The notes below the pieces were generated by a model, which was not told the origin of the DNA, ran no database searches, and saw only the letters and a program-made list of their open reading frames with translations. From Escherichia phage KarlSchell_Bas89: 64,000 nt of DNA. The translations under genes and the position numbers were made by a program. The stretch lies in the sequence record PQ850613.1; one strand, 5' to 3'. Every line of letters begins with the position of its first letter. Positions within the stretch are counted from its first letter, which is position 1. Positions 1 through 10,111 of this stretch are shown here, piece by piece.

Positions 1-517
1 AGAAGGAGGGTACGTAAATACTATTAGTGGAGATTGGTATGACGGAAGTTGGTTACTTGGCGGAGTCAGAAGTGGCTCGACATTATTGGACCGTGCACAG
101 CTTAACGTTTTTGATGGCGTTGGTAGTAGCGCCTCGTTTGCATTTAATTCTAATGGTGTAGCAAGCTGCCAAGAATGGAGAAGCACATCTGATGAACGGG
201 TTAAAAGCAATATTGAGCGTATCAGTGATCCACTCTCCAAGATGAGAAACATCAAGGGGGTTAAATGGGTTCTGGAAACCAATGGATCAATAGGATACGG
301 ATTCATCGCACAGGACGTAGAGAAGGATTTTCCTGAAGCTGTATCAGAAACAAAGGCTTCACCAGTCACTCTGCGAGATGGGTCAGTGTTGGATAACGTA
401 AAGTCAGTTAACACCTCGGGCGTTGCTGCTGCGTTGCACCATGAAGCTATTCTTGAACTTATGAAGCAGGTTGAAGACCTCAAGAAAGAGGTGTCAGAGC
501 TTAAGTCTAGTAAGTAA
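1..517 (+). CDS. tail fibre/tailspike protein, C-terminal fragment (gene begins upstream of window) with peptidase S74-type intramolecular chaperone domain
   Basis: Frame is open from position 2 with no stop before the listed TTG; motifs SDERVKSNIE and GFIAQDVEKDFPEAV match the self-cleaving C-terminal chaperone domain of phage fibres; coiled-coil-like tail KQVEDLKKEVSELK. Confidence 0.7.
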   Translation, partial: EGGYVNTISGDWYDGSWLLGGVRSGSTLLDRAQLNVFDGVGSSASFAFNSNGVASCQEWRSTSDERVKSNIERISDPLSKMRNIKGVKWVLETNGSIGYGFIAQDVEKDFPEAVSETKASPVTLRDGSVLDNVKSVNTSGVAAALHHEAILELMKQVEDLKKEVSELKSSK

Positions 518-523
518 TCTAGT

Positions 524-543
524 AGCCCCTTCGGGGGCTTTAG
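524..543 (+). terminator. putative rho-independent terminator
   Basis: Hairpin AGCCCC-TTCG-GGGGCT followed by short T run, just after the fibre stop codon. Confidence 0.45.
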
Positions 544-611
544 TAGTAAGTATGTTCAAGAAGTAATGAAACTACTATATCACAAAAGGAATACACATAG
601 GAGATACGAAG

Positions 612-830
612 ATGAAAATGATGAAACAAATCAGTTATGGGCTAGCTTGTGTTGCTACCGGTTTTGCTGTGTCAGTGGCTGTTCCTGTTAACGCAGTGCA
701 TCCTCTGGTAACACAACCCGCACCAATTGAGAAGTTAAGTGCATCATGTAAGCAGCGTACAATTCAAAATAATCTTGTAGTTATTTGTCCGGACTCTGAT
801 TCTAGTGCTCTGAGAAACATGCTTCAGTAA
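612..830 (+). CDS. small secreted protein (N-terminal signal peptide)
   Basis: ATG with upstream AGGAG; hydrophobic N-terminus MKMMKQISYGLACVATGFAVSVAVPVNA; sits next to the lysozyme gene. Confidence 0.4.
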   Translation: MKMMKQISYGLACVATGFAVSVAVPVNAVHPLVTQPAPIEKLSASCKQRTIQNNLVVICPDSDSSALRNMLQ

Positions 831-860
831 CTTAGGGCTAACTGGAAAGGGAGGTGAAAA

Positions 861-1352
861 ATGGATAATGTCGCATTGCCACCGATACAACTGAGCTTAA
901 GCCCAGAAGGGATGGAATTCATCATGAAGCATGAAGGTATGAGAACTCGTGCTTACCAAGATTCCGCAGGTATCTGGACGATATGTGTTGGGGCTACGCG
1001 CGATATGAATGGGTATCCAGTTAGACAGGGATTAACGTATTCTATAGAGGATTGTCTAGCTCTGCTAGATAGAGACACACAAGACTCTGTTCGTGCCACT
1101 CAGAAAAATATTAGGGTTCCTTTGTTAACCCACGAGTTTGATGCTCTCACCTCTTTCAACTTTAACGTTGGTGGTGGGGCCTTATCAACTTCTAAACTTA
1201 GGAAAGTTATTAACGGAGATGTGAAGGGTGATGTTTATTCTGAGTTCCTCCGTTGGGATAAAATTACAGTTAAAGGTAAGAAGATTAGCAGTCCGGGATT
1301 GAAGAATCGTAGAACTGCTGAAGCTGACCTTTACACTGAAGGTAAATACTAA
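861..1352 (+). CDS. lysozyme, GH24 (T4 lysozyme-like)
   Basis: E-x8-D-x5-T catalytic spacing in EGMRTRAYQDSAGIWTICVG, as in T4 lysozyme; strong RBS GGAGG. Confidence 0.75.
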   Translation: MDNVALPPIQLSLSPEGMEFIMKHEGMRTRAYQDSAGIWTICVGATRDMNGYPVRQGLTYSIEDCLALLDRDTQDSVRATQKNIRVPLLTHEFDALTSFNFNVGGGALSTSKLRKVINGDVKGDVYSEFLRWDKITVKGKKISSPGLKNRRTAEADLYTEGKY

Positions 1353-1363
1353 AAGGAGTTGTC

Positions 1364-2170
1364 ATGGCAGTAGAAACTAATGCTAACACAATTAATGACC
1401 TCAACCCCCTGTACCCTCGTGACAGGGACTATCTTTACGAAGGGGCGGCTCAGATTCGCCTCGTTAAACAAGTATTGCAGAACACTTTTCCAAATGTAAC
1501 AGAACCAGTTCAATTGGATTCAGATTCTCTCAATATTCTGGCTAGCAAAGTTACCTTCACTGGCGACTCTATGGATGTTGGTGGGTTGATGATCAAGAAT
1601 GCCACTCCGGGCACAGGTGACAGAGATGTTGTCACTAAAGGCCAGATGGAAGCTTTCATGCAGAACTGGATGGCTAACAAAGTATTCAGGATTGGTTCTT
1701 ACTATATCACTGAAGAAGATATTAACCCCGGTGATAGTTCTTCTCTTGGTTTTGGCTCTTGGGCTAAAGTGACTGGTGTTATCATGGGTTCTGGTGTAGT
1801 AAACCCTGATGGTTCTGTTCCTAATGCTCAGCGTGTTGAATTCCAAGCAGGTGGTACAGGAGGTCGTGTGTTCAATACTATCCGTGCTGATAACTTGCCA
1901 CTCACCACAATCAACGGCTCAAGCTTCCAAGTAAGTTCTTATACTCACCGACATAACATGCAATACTCTCGTGGTGATGCTAGCGGTCATAACAGCAATG
2001 ATAACTGGCTATCTCCAGATGGTGCAGAGTTTACGGATTACACCTCGGAAGATACTCACAGCCATACCATTACTGGTACAGCTTCATTTGGTCGTGATGA
2101 TATTTCTCGTCAACCAATCAACACTTTACCACCTTTCCGATCTGCACACATCTGGAGACGTATTAGCTAA
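1364..2170 (+). CDS. hypothetical virion/tail protein
   Basis: ORF with RBS, inside structural module; no recognisable motif. Confidence 0.45.
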   Translation: MAVETNANTINDLNPLYPRDRDYLYEGAAQIRLVKQVLQNTFPNVTEPVQLDSDSLNILASKVTFTGDSMDVGGLMIKNATPGTGDRDVVTKGQMEAFMQNWMANKVFRIGSYYITEEDINPGDSSSLGFGSWAKVTGVIMGSGVVNPDGSVPNAQRVEFQAGGTGGRVFNTIRADNLPLTTINGSSFQVSSYTHRHNMQYSRGDASGHNSNDNWLSPDGAEFTDYTSEDTHSHTITGTASFGRDDISRQPINTLPPFRSAHIWRRIS

Positions 2171-2179
2171 GGAGGCAAT

Positions 2180-5100
2180 ATGGCGCTGTATCCAATAAAA
2201 TCATTAGGGGCTATCGGTGTTATTGCTGATCAGGCACCAACTGATTTAGCACCTAACGCTTTCACCAACGCTATGAATGCTCGGTTTGTTGAGCAGAGAG
2301 TTTTTAAGACGGGGGGCAATGCCCCTCTTTCTTACGTGGAAGAAGACAAAGATCTGACCCCACTCTCTTTTGTCTCCATGCCTTTCGATTATTATAGCGC
2401 AGGAAATAGCTTCCTTGTAGTAGGTACAGATAAGAAGTTATATAAACTGACAGATGAAAGCTTAACCGATATCAGTCGTAAAGTTGCTACGGTAACTAAG
2501 AAAGCTTCTGCTATCATAAAAATTTATCCAGTGGTCTCAAGGATTGTTCCTAAAGAGAGCACTATCACAATGAACTTTAACCAGACAAAAGAGTTAGAAG
2601 TTCAGGTTTTTCCAGAGGATGCTAATAATGCCAATCTGACTTGGGAAGTAAGCAACCCCTCTTATGCCAGTATTGCAGTAAATCCTACAGATTCTAAAAA
2701 AGCCACCCTCACTACATTGTCTACAGAAGGAACACTATCCATTACTGTTTCTACTGAAGACGAATCTGTGACAGCTCAAATCTCTGTTAACATCGTTGAT
2801 GGTGATACCGGTATCTTCTTGAGCCAAGACACAATCACAATTCGAAGAGGTGGTACAACAACTCTTACTGCTATCTCAGGTAAGACTCCTATCACTTGGG
2901 TTAGTAGCAACGGTGGTGCTTTGTCTGTGACACCTAATGCCAATACACTAACTGCTGTTCTTAATGCTATAGGAGAAGGAACTTTTACTGTTACAGCTGA
3001 TAACGGTTCTAAGTCTGCTACATGTACGGTTAATGTGATACCTCAGATTGATTCTATTTCTTTGAGTCAGACAGATGTTCAGATGGATAGAGGAACTCAG
3101 TATGTTCTGACTGCGACAGTCAACCCTGCTGATGCTCCTAATAAAGCAATCACTTGGACTTCTTCTAATCCGAATATTGCTACAGTATCAGGGACAAGCA
3201 CAGAAGCTACAATTACTGGACTTCTGGCTGGGTTTACAGAGATTACAGCAGTAACAGAGGAAGGTAGTCGTTCAGCTGTTTGTACTGTTCGTGTCAACCT
3301 AGCAGGTAGAATGCTAAATACCAGAAGCCTAGCGATGGCTGCTAGTGCATCTCTAGTAGAAGAGTTCAAAGAGGAAGAAGAACCAGTTGTACAGAATGAA
3401 GAAATTGTTTACTTTATGTCTGACTCTATGGGAATTGATACCTCCGGAATGGCTGAAGGCAACAACTTCTTTGACTACTCTAACGTATTCGACATGGAAG
3501 GTTTTGCTCGTGCTGCGGAGAACTCAAGAGCTGCTCCTCTGACCAATGTGACACTAGATATTGTTGAAGCTTCTCTAGACGTAGGTGAAGAAATTGTCAT
3601 AACTGCTACAGCAGCTCCAGAAGGGGATTACTCCTACCAGTGGGTTGTTGATAAAAGTGGTTATGTTTCTACTACCTCTACAACTGGAAGATCTTTGAAA
3701 CTAACAGCTGTTCGTAAAGGTGAGATTAAAGTTACATGTACGGCGAGTCAGATGACTCAAAGAGACTACGACGCTTTTGATGATTACCCTTGGTATCATG
3801 CAGTAATCTCTAACTGTGCAGTAGCGACAACTCACTATGAAACTCCTCAGGTTAAAGAATTCGAATCTGAATACTTTACAGACCTTCCGGGATGGGGTGA
3901 ACAGACAGTTGTTGATGGTGACGGAAACCCTTCTGTTCGTAAGTTTAACTGGAAGTGCGAAAGAGTTAGAGCTTTTAACAACAGGCTATTTGCTCTGAAT
4001 ATGAGAGAGTCTAACGCCTCTGGTGTTACCACTCATTATCCTTTACGTCTTCGCTGGTCTAACTTTGCGAATGAGAACAAGGCTCCTACTTTGTGGGATG
4101 ATTATGCTTACGACCGACTGACAACTTCTGATCTTTCAGCGAATATTGTTGGACAGACTGAAGCTCTTGAGAATGGTTATGCAGGATATATTGATCTGGC
4201 TGACTCTAACGGAAGTTTGATTGATGTTCTCCCTTTGAAAGATTACTTATTTGTTTACACCGAGTTTGAAACCTACATTGGTTCTCCTACCAATAACACA
4301 TACCAGCCTCTGATGTTTAAGAAGCTGTTTAACGATTCAGGTATTCTTGCTCCTGAGTGTGTGGTTGAAGTGGAGGGTGGTCACTTTGTTGTAACACAGA
4401 ACGATGTGATTCTTCATAACGGTGCATCTAAGAAATCTATTGCATCTAATCGTGTCAAGAACATGCTCATTAATGAAGTGTGTTTGGTAAATCCTCTAGC
4501 TACTAGAGTTCACTTGCATCAAGATAAGAAAGAAGTTTGGGTCATGTATGTTGGGCCGGGAGAGCCGAAAGAGAGTTTTGCTTGTACAAAGGCTGCGGTC
4601 TGGAATTACGAGTTTGACACTTGGTCTTTCCGTACTATCCCTTATGCTCAATGTATTGGTCTTGTTGATCCTCCGGTTCTCGAAAGAGGTCCAGTGTGGA
4701 CTGACTTCCAAACTATCACTTGGGATGACCCTGCTATCGATAAACTGGTGTGGAGAAAAGATGCAACTAACTTCCGTCAGAGAATTACTATCGTAGGCTC
4801 TTTCTTAAGAGGTTTCTATCAAGTAGATGTTGGTGCTTTGGATTATTTCTACGATAGAGCTAATGACAGAGTAATAGAACGTCCTCTGGAAATGAGGTTA
4901 GAGAGAACGGGGATTGATTTTGATAACGTCACTAACGAATGGAATCAAAAACATATCAACCGATTCAGACCTCAGACTACAGGTTCTGGTACGTATATCT
5001 TTGAAGCTGGAGGTAGTCAATTCTCTAATGAGTATGGTCACAACCACACAACTAAGAGTTATACGATTGGAGTTGATAGGCACGTAGCTGTGAGACTGAA

Positions 5101-5200
5101 CCATCCATACCTATTCTATAATGTTATAGATAATGATGTTAACAGTAACGCAGCCATAAATGGGCTGACAATAGAGTTTAATGTTGGCGGTCGAAGATAA
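2180..5200 (+). CDS. large virion protein with several bacterial Ig-like (Big_2-type) repeats
   Basis: 1006 aa; repeated segments such as ATVNPADAPNKAITWTSSNPNIATVSG...ITAVTEEGSRSAVCTVRV typical of Big_2 domains; RBS AAGGAGG. Confidence 0.65.
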   Translation: MALYPIKSLGAIGVIADQAPTDLAPNAFTNAMNARFVEQRVFKTGGNAPLSYVEEDKDLTPLSFVSMPFDYYSAGNSFLVVGTDKKLYKLTDESLTDISRKVATVTKKASAIIKIYPVVSRIVPKESTITMNFNQTKELEVQVFPEDANNANLTWEVSNPSYASIAVNPTDSKKATLTTLSTEGTLSITVSTEDESVTAQISVNIVDGDTGIFLSQDTITIRRGGTTTLTAISGKTPITWVSSNGGALSVTPNANTLTAVLNAIGEGTFTVTADNGSKSATCTVNVIPQIDSISLSQTDVQMDRGTQYVLTATVNPADAPNKAITWTSSNPNIATVSGTSTEATITGLLAGFTEITAVTEEGSRSAVCTVRVNLAGRMLNTRSLAMAASASLVEEFKEEEEPVVQNEEIVYFMSDSMGIDTSGMAEGNNFFDYSNVFDMEGFARAAENSRAAPLTNVTLDIVEASLDVGEEIVITATAAPEGDYSYQWVVDKSGYVSTTSTTGRSLKLTAVRKGEIKVTCTASQMTQRDYDAFDDYPWYHAVISNCAVATTHYETPQVKEFESEYFTDLPGWGEQTVVDGDGNPSVRKFNWKCERVRAFNNRLFALNMRESNASGVTTHYPLRLRWSNFANENKAPTLWDDYAYDRLTTSDLSANIVGQTEALENGYAGYIDLADSNGSLIDVLPLKDYLFVYTEFETYIGSPTNNTYQPLMFKKLFNDSGILAPECVVEVEGGHFVVTQNDVILHNGASKKSIASNRVKNMLINEVCLVNPLATRVHLHQDKKEVWVMYVGPGEPKESFACTKAAVWNYEFDTWSFRTIPYAQCIGLVDPPVLERGPVWTDFQTITWDDPAIDKLVWRKDATNFRQRITIVGSFLRGFYQVDVGALDYFYDRANDRVIERPLEMRLERTGIDFDNVTNEWNQKHINRFRPQTTGSGTYIFEAGGSQFSNEYGHNHTTKSYTIGVDRHVAVRLNHPYLFYNVIDNDVNSNAAINGLTIEFNVGGRR

Positions 5201-5206
5201 CAACTA

Positions 5207-5235
5207 AGGGGCTTCGGCCCCTTTTCTTGTTTTTA
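5207..5235 (+). terminator. rho-independent terminator
   Basis: AGGGGC-TTCG-GCCCCT hairpin followed by TTTTCTTGTTTTT. Confidence 0.65.
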
Positions 5236-5251
5236 AACTTTGGAGGTACTT

Positions 5252-6220
5252 ATGGGTGCTGGAGGTTTTCGTAAGAATACTGGACGCAACAACACCACAC
5301 TTCCCTACAACGTTGGGTTTCTCAATAGGGTAGAGGATACGGAAACATATAACACTGCTGTCTATGATGAACTACAGAAAGTCAGTACAGCGACTAACCA
5401 AATGTTCCAAGCAATCGATGAGATTCATGATGAGATTGATGTTCGTATCAAAGCTCTTAACGCAATGAATCTCCAGTTCGATGAGCTTGAGAATCGAATT
5501 ACTACAGAGATTGAAACAGCTATCGCAGATATTCAAACCCAGATGGGCAACCTGTCTACGGAGGACATTTGGGATAACTCAACGAATCCTCCTACTAAGC
5601 TAGATGGTACGGTAGCTGGTATCAAGACTAGCATTGAAGGTAATGATGTAAAGATTCAAACGGTTCAGGGGATTGTTAACGAGCAGGGAGAGGAGATTGC
5701 TTTAGTTCAAACAGAACTTTCTAACATTAATAGCAGTCTTTCTCAGTATATGAAGCTCACTGACTACGAAGCTACTTGGGGTGTTAATTCTAATGTTAAT
5801 GGTCGATATGCTGGAGTTAAGTTAACTAACAACGGGACGAACAGTGCTTTCCAAGTAACTGCTCAGAAGTTTATTGTCGGTGATGGCAGCTCTGGTAACA
5901 CCCCTTTCGTCTTTGAGAATGGTAGGGCTAGAATGGAGTTCGCTGATATAAAGAACGTCAACATCACAACTGCCATGATTGCTAATGCTCGTATCCAGTT
6001 TGCTCAGATTGATAACGTATGGATTCAAGATGGTCAGATTGCTAACCTAACTGCTAACAAGATTACTGCTGGTAGTATGTCCGGCTCTAACTGGAGACTT
6101 ACTGTAGGTGGGGATTTTGTAATGGGCGGAACAGGTGGGGCACAGCTTTGGATGAATGGAAACAGAATTGATTTCTATGATGGGAGTGGTGCTTTGAGAA
6201 TTAGAATAGGGAGTTGGTGA
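5252..6220 (+). CDS. putative tail fibre / receptor-binding protein
   Basis: ATG at 5252 with GGAGG 5 nt upstream (track start 5240 is TTG); coiled-coil N-half, Gly/Asn-rich beta-type C-half. Confidence 0.45.
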   Translation: MGAGGFRKNTGRNNTTLPYNVGFLNRVEDTETYNTAVYDELQKVSTATNQMFQAIDEIHDEIDVRIKALNAMNLQFDELENRITTEIETAIADIQTQMGNLSTEDIWDNSTNPPTKLDGTVAGIKTSIEGNDVKIQTVQGIVNEQGEEIALVQTELSNINSSLSQYMKLTDYEATWGVNSNVNGRYAGVKLTNNGTNSAFQVTAQKFIVGDGSSGNTPFVFENGRARMEFADIKNVNITTAMIANARIQFAQIDNVWIQDGQIANLTANKITAGSMSGSNWRLTVGGDFVMGGTGGAQLWMNGNRIDFYDGSGALRIRIGSW

Positions 6221-6221
6221 T

Positions 6222-7253
6222 ATGGCATATGGAATTTGGGCACAACCTGTAGGGCCGGGGCCAGCTGCCCCTGCTCCTCTCTTTATAGATAGCGGGAGTA
6301 CTTTCCCTCAGATAAAGAACACCATAAGCGGCAGTTTCAACTTTAACGGCGGTGGGAGATCTTTCCCTATTAGTGGGTGGGATGGTTCAGGTCAGATTGT
6401 TATTGTCCCAACAGGATCTCTTTGTTGGCAATGGGAAGTTCCACCTAACCTAGTACCAGATGTTTATTGTGTAAACAATATCTACGTAGAGAACACCACA
6501 TCGTTTCGTGTCAACCTTAATCAGAACCCCGGAAGCAACCCTCTTTTCGATTGCGGTTTTAACGTTTACCAAATCTGGCCCAGAGCTGATAGGAACTACG
6601 GTATAACCTTTTCTAATACAGCGGATTACTTCTCTATCTCTGATGCTGGAGTTGTTGGTCAGTGTGTTTGGGCTTGGCAAGGAACAATAAACAATGCTTT
6701 ACAAATTCCAGATATCGGTGGATTCTATATGCCTAACGCTGTGGTTTTTGCTAACTGGTCTGATGGTGGTTTAGGTCTGTCTTACACTTCTGGTGACAGG
6801 GTTATACGTGTTTATCAAAACCGTCCATATATTAACGGAAACACTAACGAAGGCGGTTCTGTCTTTGCTAGAGTTGCTGTGTTTTGTAATGGTGCTGGAG
6901 TTCCTGAGCACAATGGTGGTTTGAATATTTACTCACCGGGAACTACACAGTGTGTGTTCTCGACAAATAGGACACCTTTTACCATCGACAATTTTATAGG
7001 TTCTGGTGGGGGTAACACTGGAATGGCTTACCCTATGATACCTCTTTCCTCTGGTATTGGGGCTATAAAGGGTCAAGGGAGTGGTTGGAGATATCAGCAG
7101 ATGAGATCTCATACAATGTCCGGTTCTAGTGTAGGAACGGGTTATGGGAGATATCTTTTCCAGTGGGATCAGAATTACGATTTAGGGTCTGATACTGTGG
7201 TCAATTTATCTATACCTGTAATTAATGCAGCTAAAGTTTTTGCTGGTTTATAA
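6222..7253 (+). CDS. hypothetical virion protein (Gly/Asn-rich)
   Basis: ORF with ATG overlapping upstream stop; composition typical of fibre/tip proteins. Confidence 0.45.
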   Translation: MAYGIWAQPVGPGPAAPAPLFIDSGSTFPQIKNTISGSFNFNGGGRSFPISGWDGSGQIVIVPTGSLCWQWEVPPNLVPDVYCVNNIYVENTTSFRVNLNQNPGSNPLFDCGFNVYQIWPRADRNYGITFSNTADYFSISDAGVVGQCVWAWQGTINNALQIPDIGGFYMPNAVVFANWSDGGLGLSYTSGDRVIRVYQNRPYINGNTNEGGSVFARVAVFCNGAGVPEHNGGLNIYSPGTTQCVFSTNRTPFTIDNFIGSGGGNTGMAYPMIPLSSGIGAIKGQGSGWRYQQMRSHTMSGSSVGTGYGRYLFQWDQNYDLGSDTVVNLSIPVINAAKVFAGL

Positions 7254-7265
7254 CAAGGAGAGATT

Positions 7266-8060
7266 ATGGATAAGATTTTAGGAGTTTCAGAACTAGACCC
7301 ACTGGTTCAACAAGCTGCTAAGAAGTATGGTATTCCTGCTGCTCTTGTTCATGCGGTTATTCAGAGGGAGTCTAGTGGCAAACCCTCTGCTGCTTCAGGA
7401 ACAGGTCCGGTAGGGTTAATGCAAATTAGTAAAGGCTTGGCTAAAGATTATGGTTACAAATTAGAAGATCGTCTAGACCCAGCTAAGAATATCGACATGG
7501 GTGCTAGGTATATCAGGGACAACTTAAAAGCTTTTAATGGCGATGTAAGAAAGGCAATGGTAGGTTATTCAGAAGGGACTGGTGGTGCTAAGCAAATGTT
7601 TGCTGGTAAGAGAGGGTTTACTCCTCAAGCATTAGATTCTATGAACAACAAACACTTCCTCCCTTTCTTCAACCCTAACGATGCAGCAAGACAGACAGCA
7701 AACCCTGTAGGAGCTTTACAGGAGGCTCAAGTGGCAGATCAATACAACCCATCAACAATAACTCGTGAGGGTGCTGCAAACGCTCCTACACAGGCTGAGG
7801 TGATGGCTAGTAAGACAGGTGCTCTTGGTGGGAAACCTGCTGAGTTCTACACTGAAGAAGTACAAGGTCAAGACCAACAAAGGCCTCAGAACTTTGGTAA
7901 TGCTGCTCTAGCTGCTGCTGCAATGTTAGCTGGTAAAGTTCCTAACTCACAGACTGTTCAAAGAGCGCATGCACCTACTGGAGCTTCCTCTAATTACAGT
8001 CCTCAAACTCAAGCGGTGCTCAGACGTTTAGCAAGCATCGGTACAGACATTTACAGGTAA
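7266..8060 (+). CDS. lytic transglycosylase (SLT domain), probably virion-associated
   Basis: IQRESSGKPSAAS...GLMQI matches the SLT catalytic E-S motif region. Confidence 0.7.
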   Translation: MDKILGVSELDPLVQQAAKKYGIPAALVHAVIQRESSGKPSAASGTGPVGLMQISKGLAKDYGYKLEDRLDPAKNIDMGARYIRDNLKAFNGDVRKAMVGYSEGTGGAKQMFAGKRGFTPQALDSMNNKHFLPFFNPNDAARQTANPVGALQEAQVADQYNPSTITREGAANAPTQAEVMASKTGALGGKPAEFYTEEVQGQDQQRPQNFGNAALAAAAMLAGKVPNSQTVQRAHAPTGASSNYSPQTQAVLRRLASIGTDIYR

Positions 8061-8069
8061 GGAGGTTCT

Positions 8070-9116
8070 ATGTCTCTCTTCGGTTCTTCGGCTAAATCTA
8101 AAGTTACAGTAGCGCCTTCTTCTCAAGTAGATGCTCTGTTACGTCAGATTGTTTCCAATGCTCAAGGAATGAATAACGGTCAATTTGTTGGTCGTGAAAT
8201 GGCAGGATTCAATCAGAATCAAAGTGCTGCGCTCTCAGGTTTGGCTAACTCTGATGTGCAGAAACAACTAGCTGCTCTTTATACCCCTCGTACTCAGCAA
8301 GGTTTAGACCAAATGAACACTCTGGCCCAGCGGTATCAGAGTATGGCAAACGGTGGTGGTGTTACTGGTCAAGCTGTTAATGATTACAGCAAAGCTCTTA
8401 ATAACTCAGCTCTTGCACAAGCAACAGGTAAAGCTGCTTCTAATGTATCACTTGGTAATGGCTCTGATTCTGGTTCACTCCGTCGTGCTAGTGCTCAAGG
8501 TGCTGCTCTGGCTAGTGCAAACACTAACCTCTCTCGTAGTATAGATGGTAAGAACATGGGGATTAATAACCTCCAGAACAATGAAGCTTTCCAACGTGGA
8601 ATCCTAGGTGCTCAGACAGGTCTAGCTGGTCAGAATCTTAATCTGGGTGCTCAAGGTGTTCAGGCTACTCAACAAGCTATTCAGAATCAGCTCTTGGCTG
8701 GCAATCTGCAACAACAGCAAGATCAGGCTCGAGCTAACCTTAATTGGGAGAATGCTATTGGTAATCAACAGTTCGGTTGGAATCAACTCAACAATCAGCT
8801 TAATGTACTTAACTCAGTAAGTCCTATGGCTGGGTACACAATCAAGAATGCACAGCCCGGTGTTAGCCAAGGACAGCAACTGCTTGGTGCAGGTATGACT
8901 GGACTAGGTATTGCAGGTCGCTTAGGTGCTTTCACTCCTAATACTCAAACTCAGAATGCTTGGAACTCTTACAATGCTTCTGGTGGACAATCCGGTATGG
9001 CTGGTCCTATGATTGGTGGGTCTAACCTTTCTAATCAACAGAGTCAAAACAACTGGCTATCTACCGCAGGTAATAATATTTTAGGTGGTGTTCTTGGAGC
9101 ATTCGGGGCTAACTAA
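8070..9116 (+). CDS. Q/N/G-rich low-complexity virion protein
   Basis: 348 aa rich in Gln/Asn/Gly/Ala; RBS AAGGAGG. Confidence 0.5.
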   Translation: MSLFGSSAKSKVTVAPSSQVDALLRQIVSNAQGMNNGQFVGREMAGFNQNQSAALSGLANSDVQKQLAALYTPRTQQGLDQMNTLAQRYQSMANGGGVTGQAVNDYSKALNNSALAQATGKAASNVSLGNGSDSGSLRRASAQGAALASANTNLSRSIDGKNMGINNLQNNEAFQRGILGAQTGLAGQNLNLGAQGVQATQQAIQNQLLAGNLQQQQDQARANLNWENAIGNQQFGWNQLNNQLNVLNSVSPMAGYTIKNAQPGVSQGQQLLGAGMTGLGIAGRLGAFTPNTQTQNAWNSYNASGGQSGMAGPMIGGSNLSNQQSQNNWLSTAGNNILGGVLGAFGAN

Positions 9117-9128
9117 GGAGAAAACTTT

Positions 9129-10097
9129 ATGGCTTTATTTGGCAGCGGGGGTGGTTCTACTACCTCCAAAATGACAAGACCTGACTACATTCAGAGTTAC
9201 ATTGATCAATTAGTTAATCAAGTAAACAACACTAGTTCAGGCGATTATGTTTATCGAGAGAACGTAGGATTTAATAACAACCAGAACCAAGCTCTTAATG
9301 ATCTTGCTCAATCTGGTGCCCTAGGTGCTCTCTCTTCTCAATATATGGATGCAGCTGGTCAAGGGTTAGGTTATATGGATAACGCCTACCAAGGCTTTAA
9401 TAACCTCTCAGGACAGGGGCCTATCTCAGCAGAACAGGTTGGTGCTCTTGCTGGTGAACTCTACGACGATTCCGCTGTACAAGCAGCTATCAATGCTAAC
9501 AATGAACAAACTCAACAGAGTCTGGCACGTCATGCTCTTCCTCAGCTGGCTCAGCAGTATGCTGGTCAACAAGGTTCTGGTGCTCGTATGGCTAAATCTT
9601 TTGCTCAGGGTGACGCTCTGAATCAGATGCAGAACACAGCAACCAATATTACTAATAGCGCTTATGACTCAGCTCTAGGACAAGCTCAGAACATCCTCTC
9701 TGGAAATAGACAGAACCAAGCAGCTGCTTTAAGTGGACTATCTAACATTGGTAGTAATATGGCTGGCTTAGGTCAACAAGGTGCTCAGCTATCACAACAG
9801 CAACTAGCTAATCAATGGGGTGCTGGTTTGCAGCAACAGCAACAGCAACAAGCTGGTTTGGATAATGCTTATCAGAATGCTCAGAACGCAGCTAATTGGG
9901 GATGGCAAGACATTAATAACCAACTAGGTGCAGCAGGTGTCCTCAATGGCGCTCTCGGAACAACTACAACTACTAAAACAACTGGAGGTGGTGGTGGTTT
10001 CCTTGGTGGAGCAGCAAGCGGTGCAGCAGCTGGTTCAGCGTTTGGCCCTTGGGGTGCATTAGCTGGCGGTGTTATTGGTGGCTTAGCCTCTACCTAA
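9129..10097 (+). CDS. Q/N/G-rich low-complexity virion protein (paralog-like of preceding gene)
   Basis: 322 aa, poly-Q stretch, Gly-rich C-terminus. Confidence 0.5.
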   Translation: MALFGSGGGSTTSKMTRPDYIQSYIDQLVNQVNNTSSGDYVYRENVGFNNNQNQALNDLAQSGALGALSSQYMDAAGQGLGYMDNAYQGFNNLSGQGPISAEQVGALAGELYDDSAVQAAINANNEQTQQSLARHALPQLAQQYAGQQGSGARMAKSFAQGDALNQMQNTATNITNSAYDSALGQAQNILSGNRQNQAAALSGLSNIGSNMAGLGQQGAQLSQQQLANQWGAGLQQQQQQQAGLDNAYQNAQNAANWGWQDINNQLGAAGVLNGALGTTTTTKTTGGGGGFLGGAASGAAAGSAFGPWGALAGGVIGGLAST

Positions 10098-10111
10098 CTA
10101 GGAGATTAATT

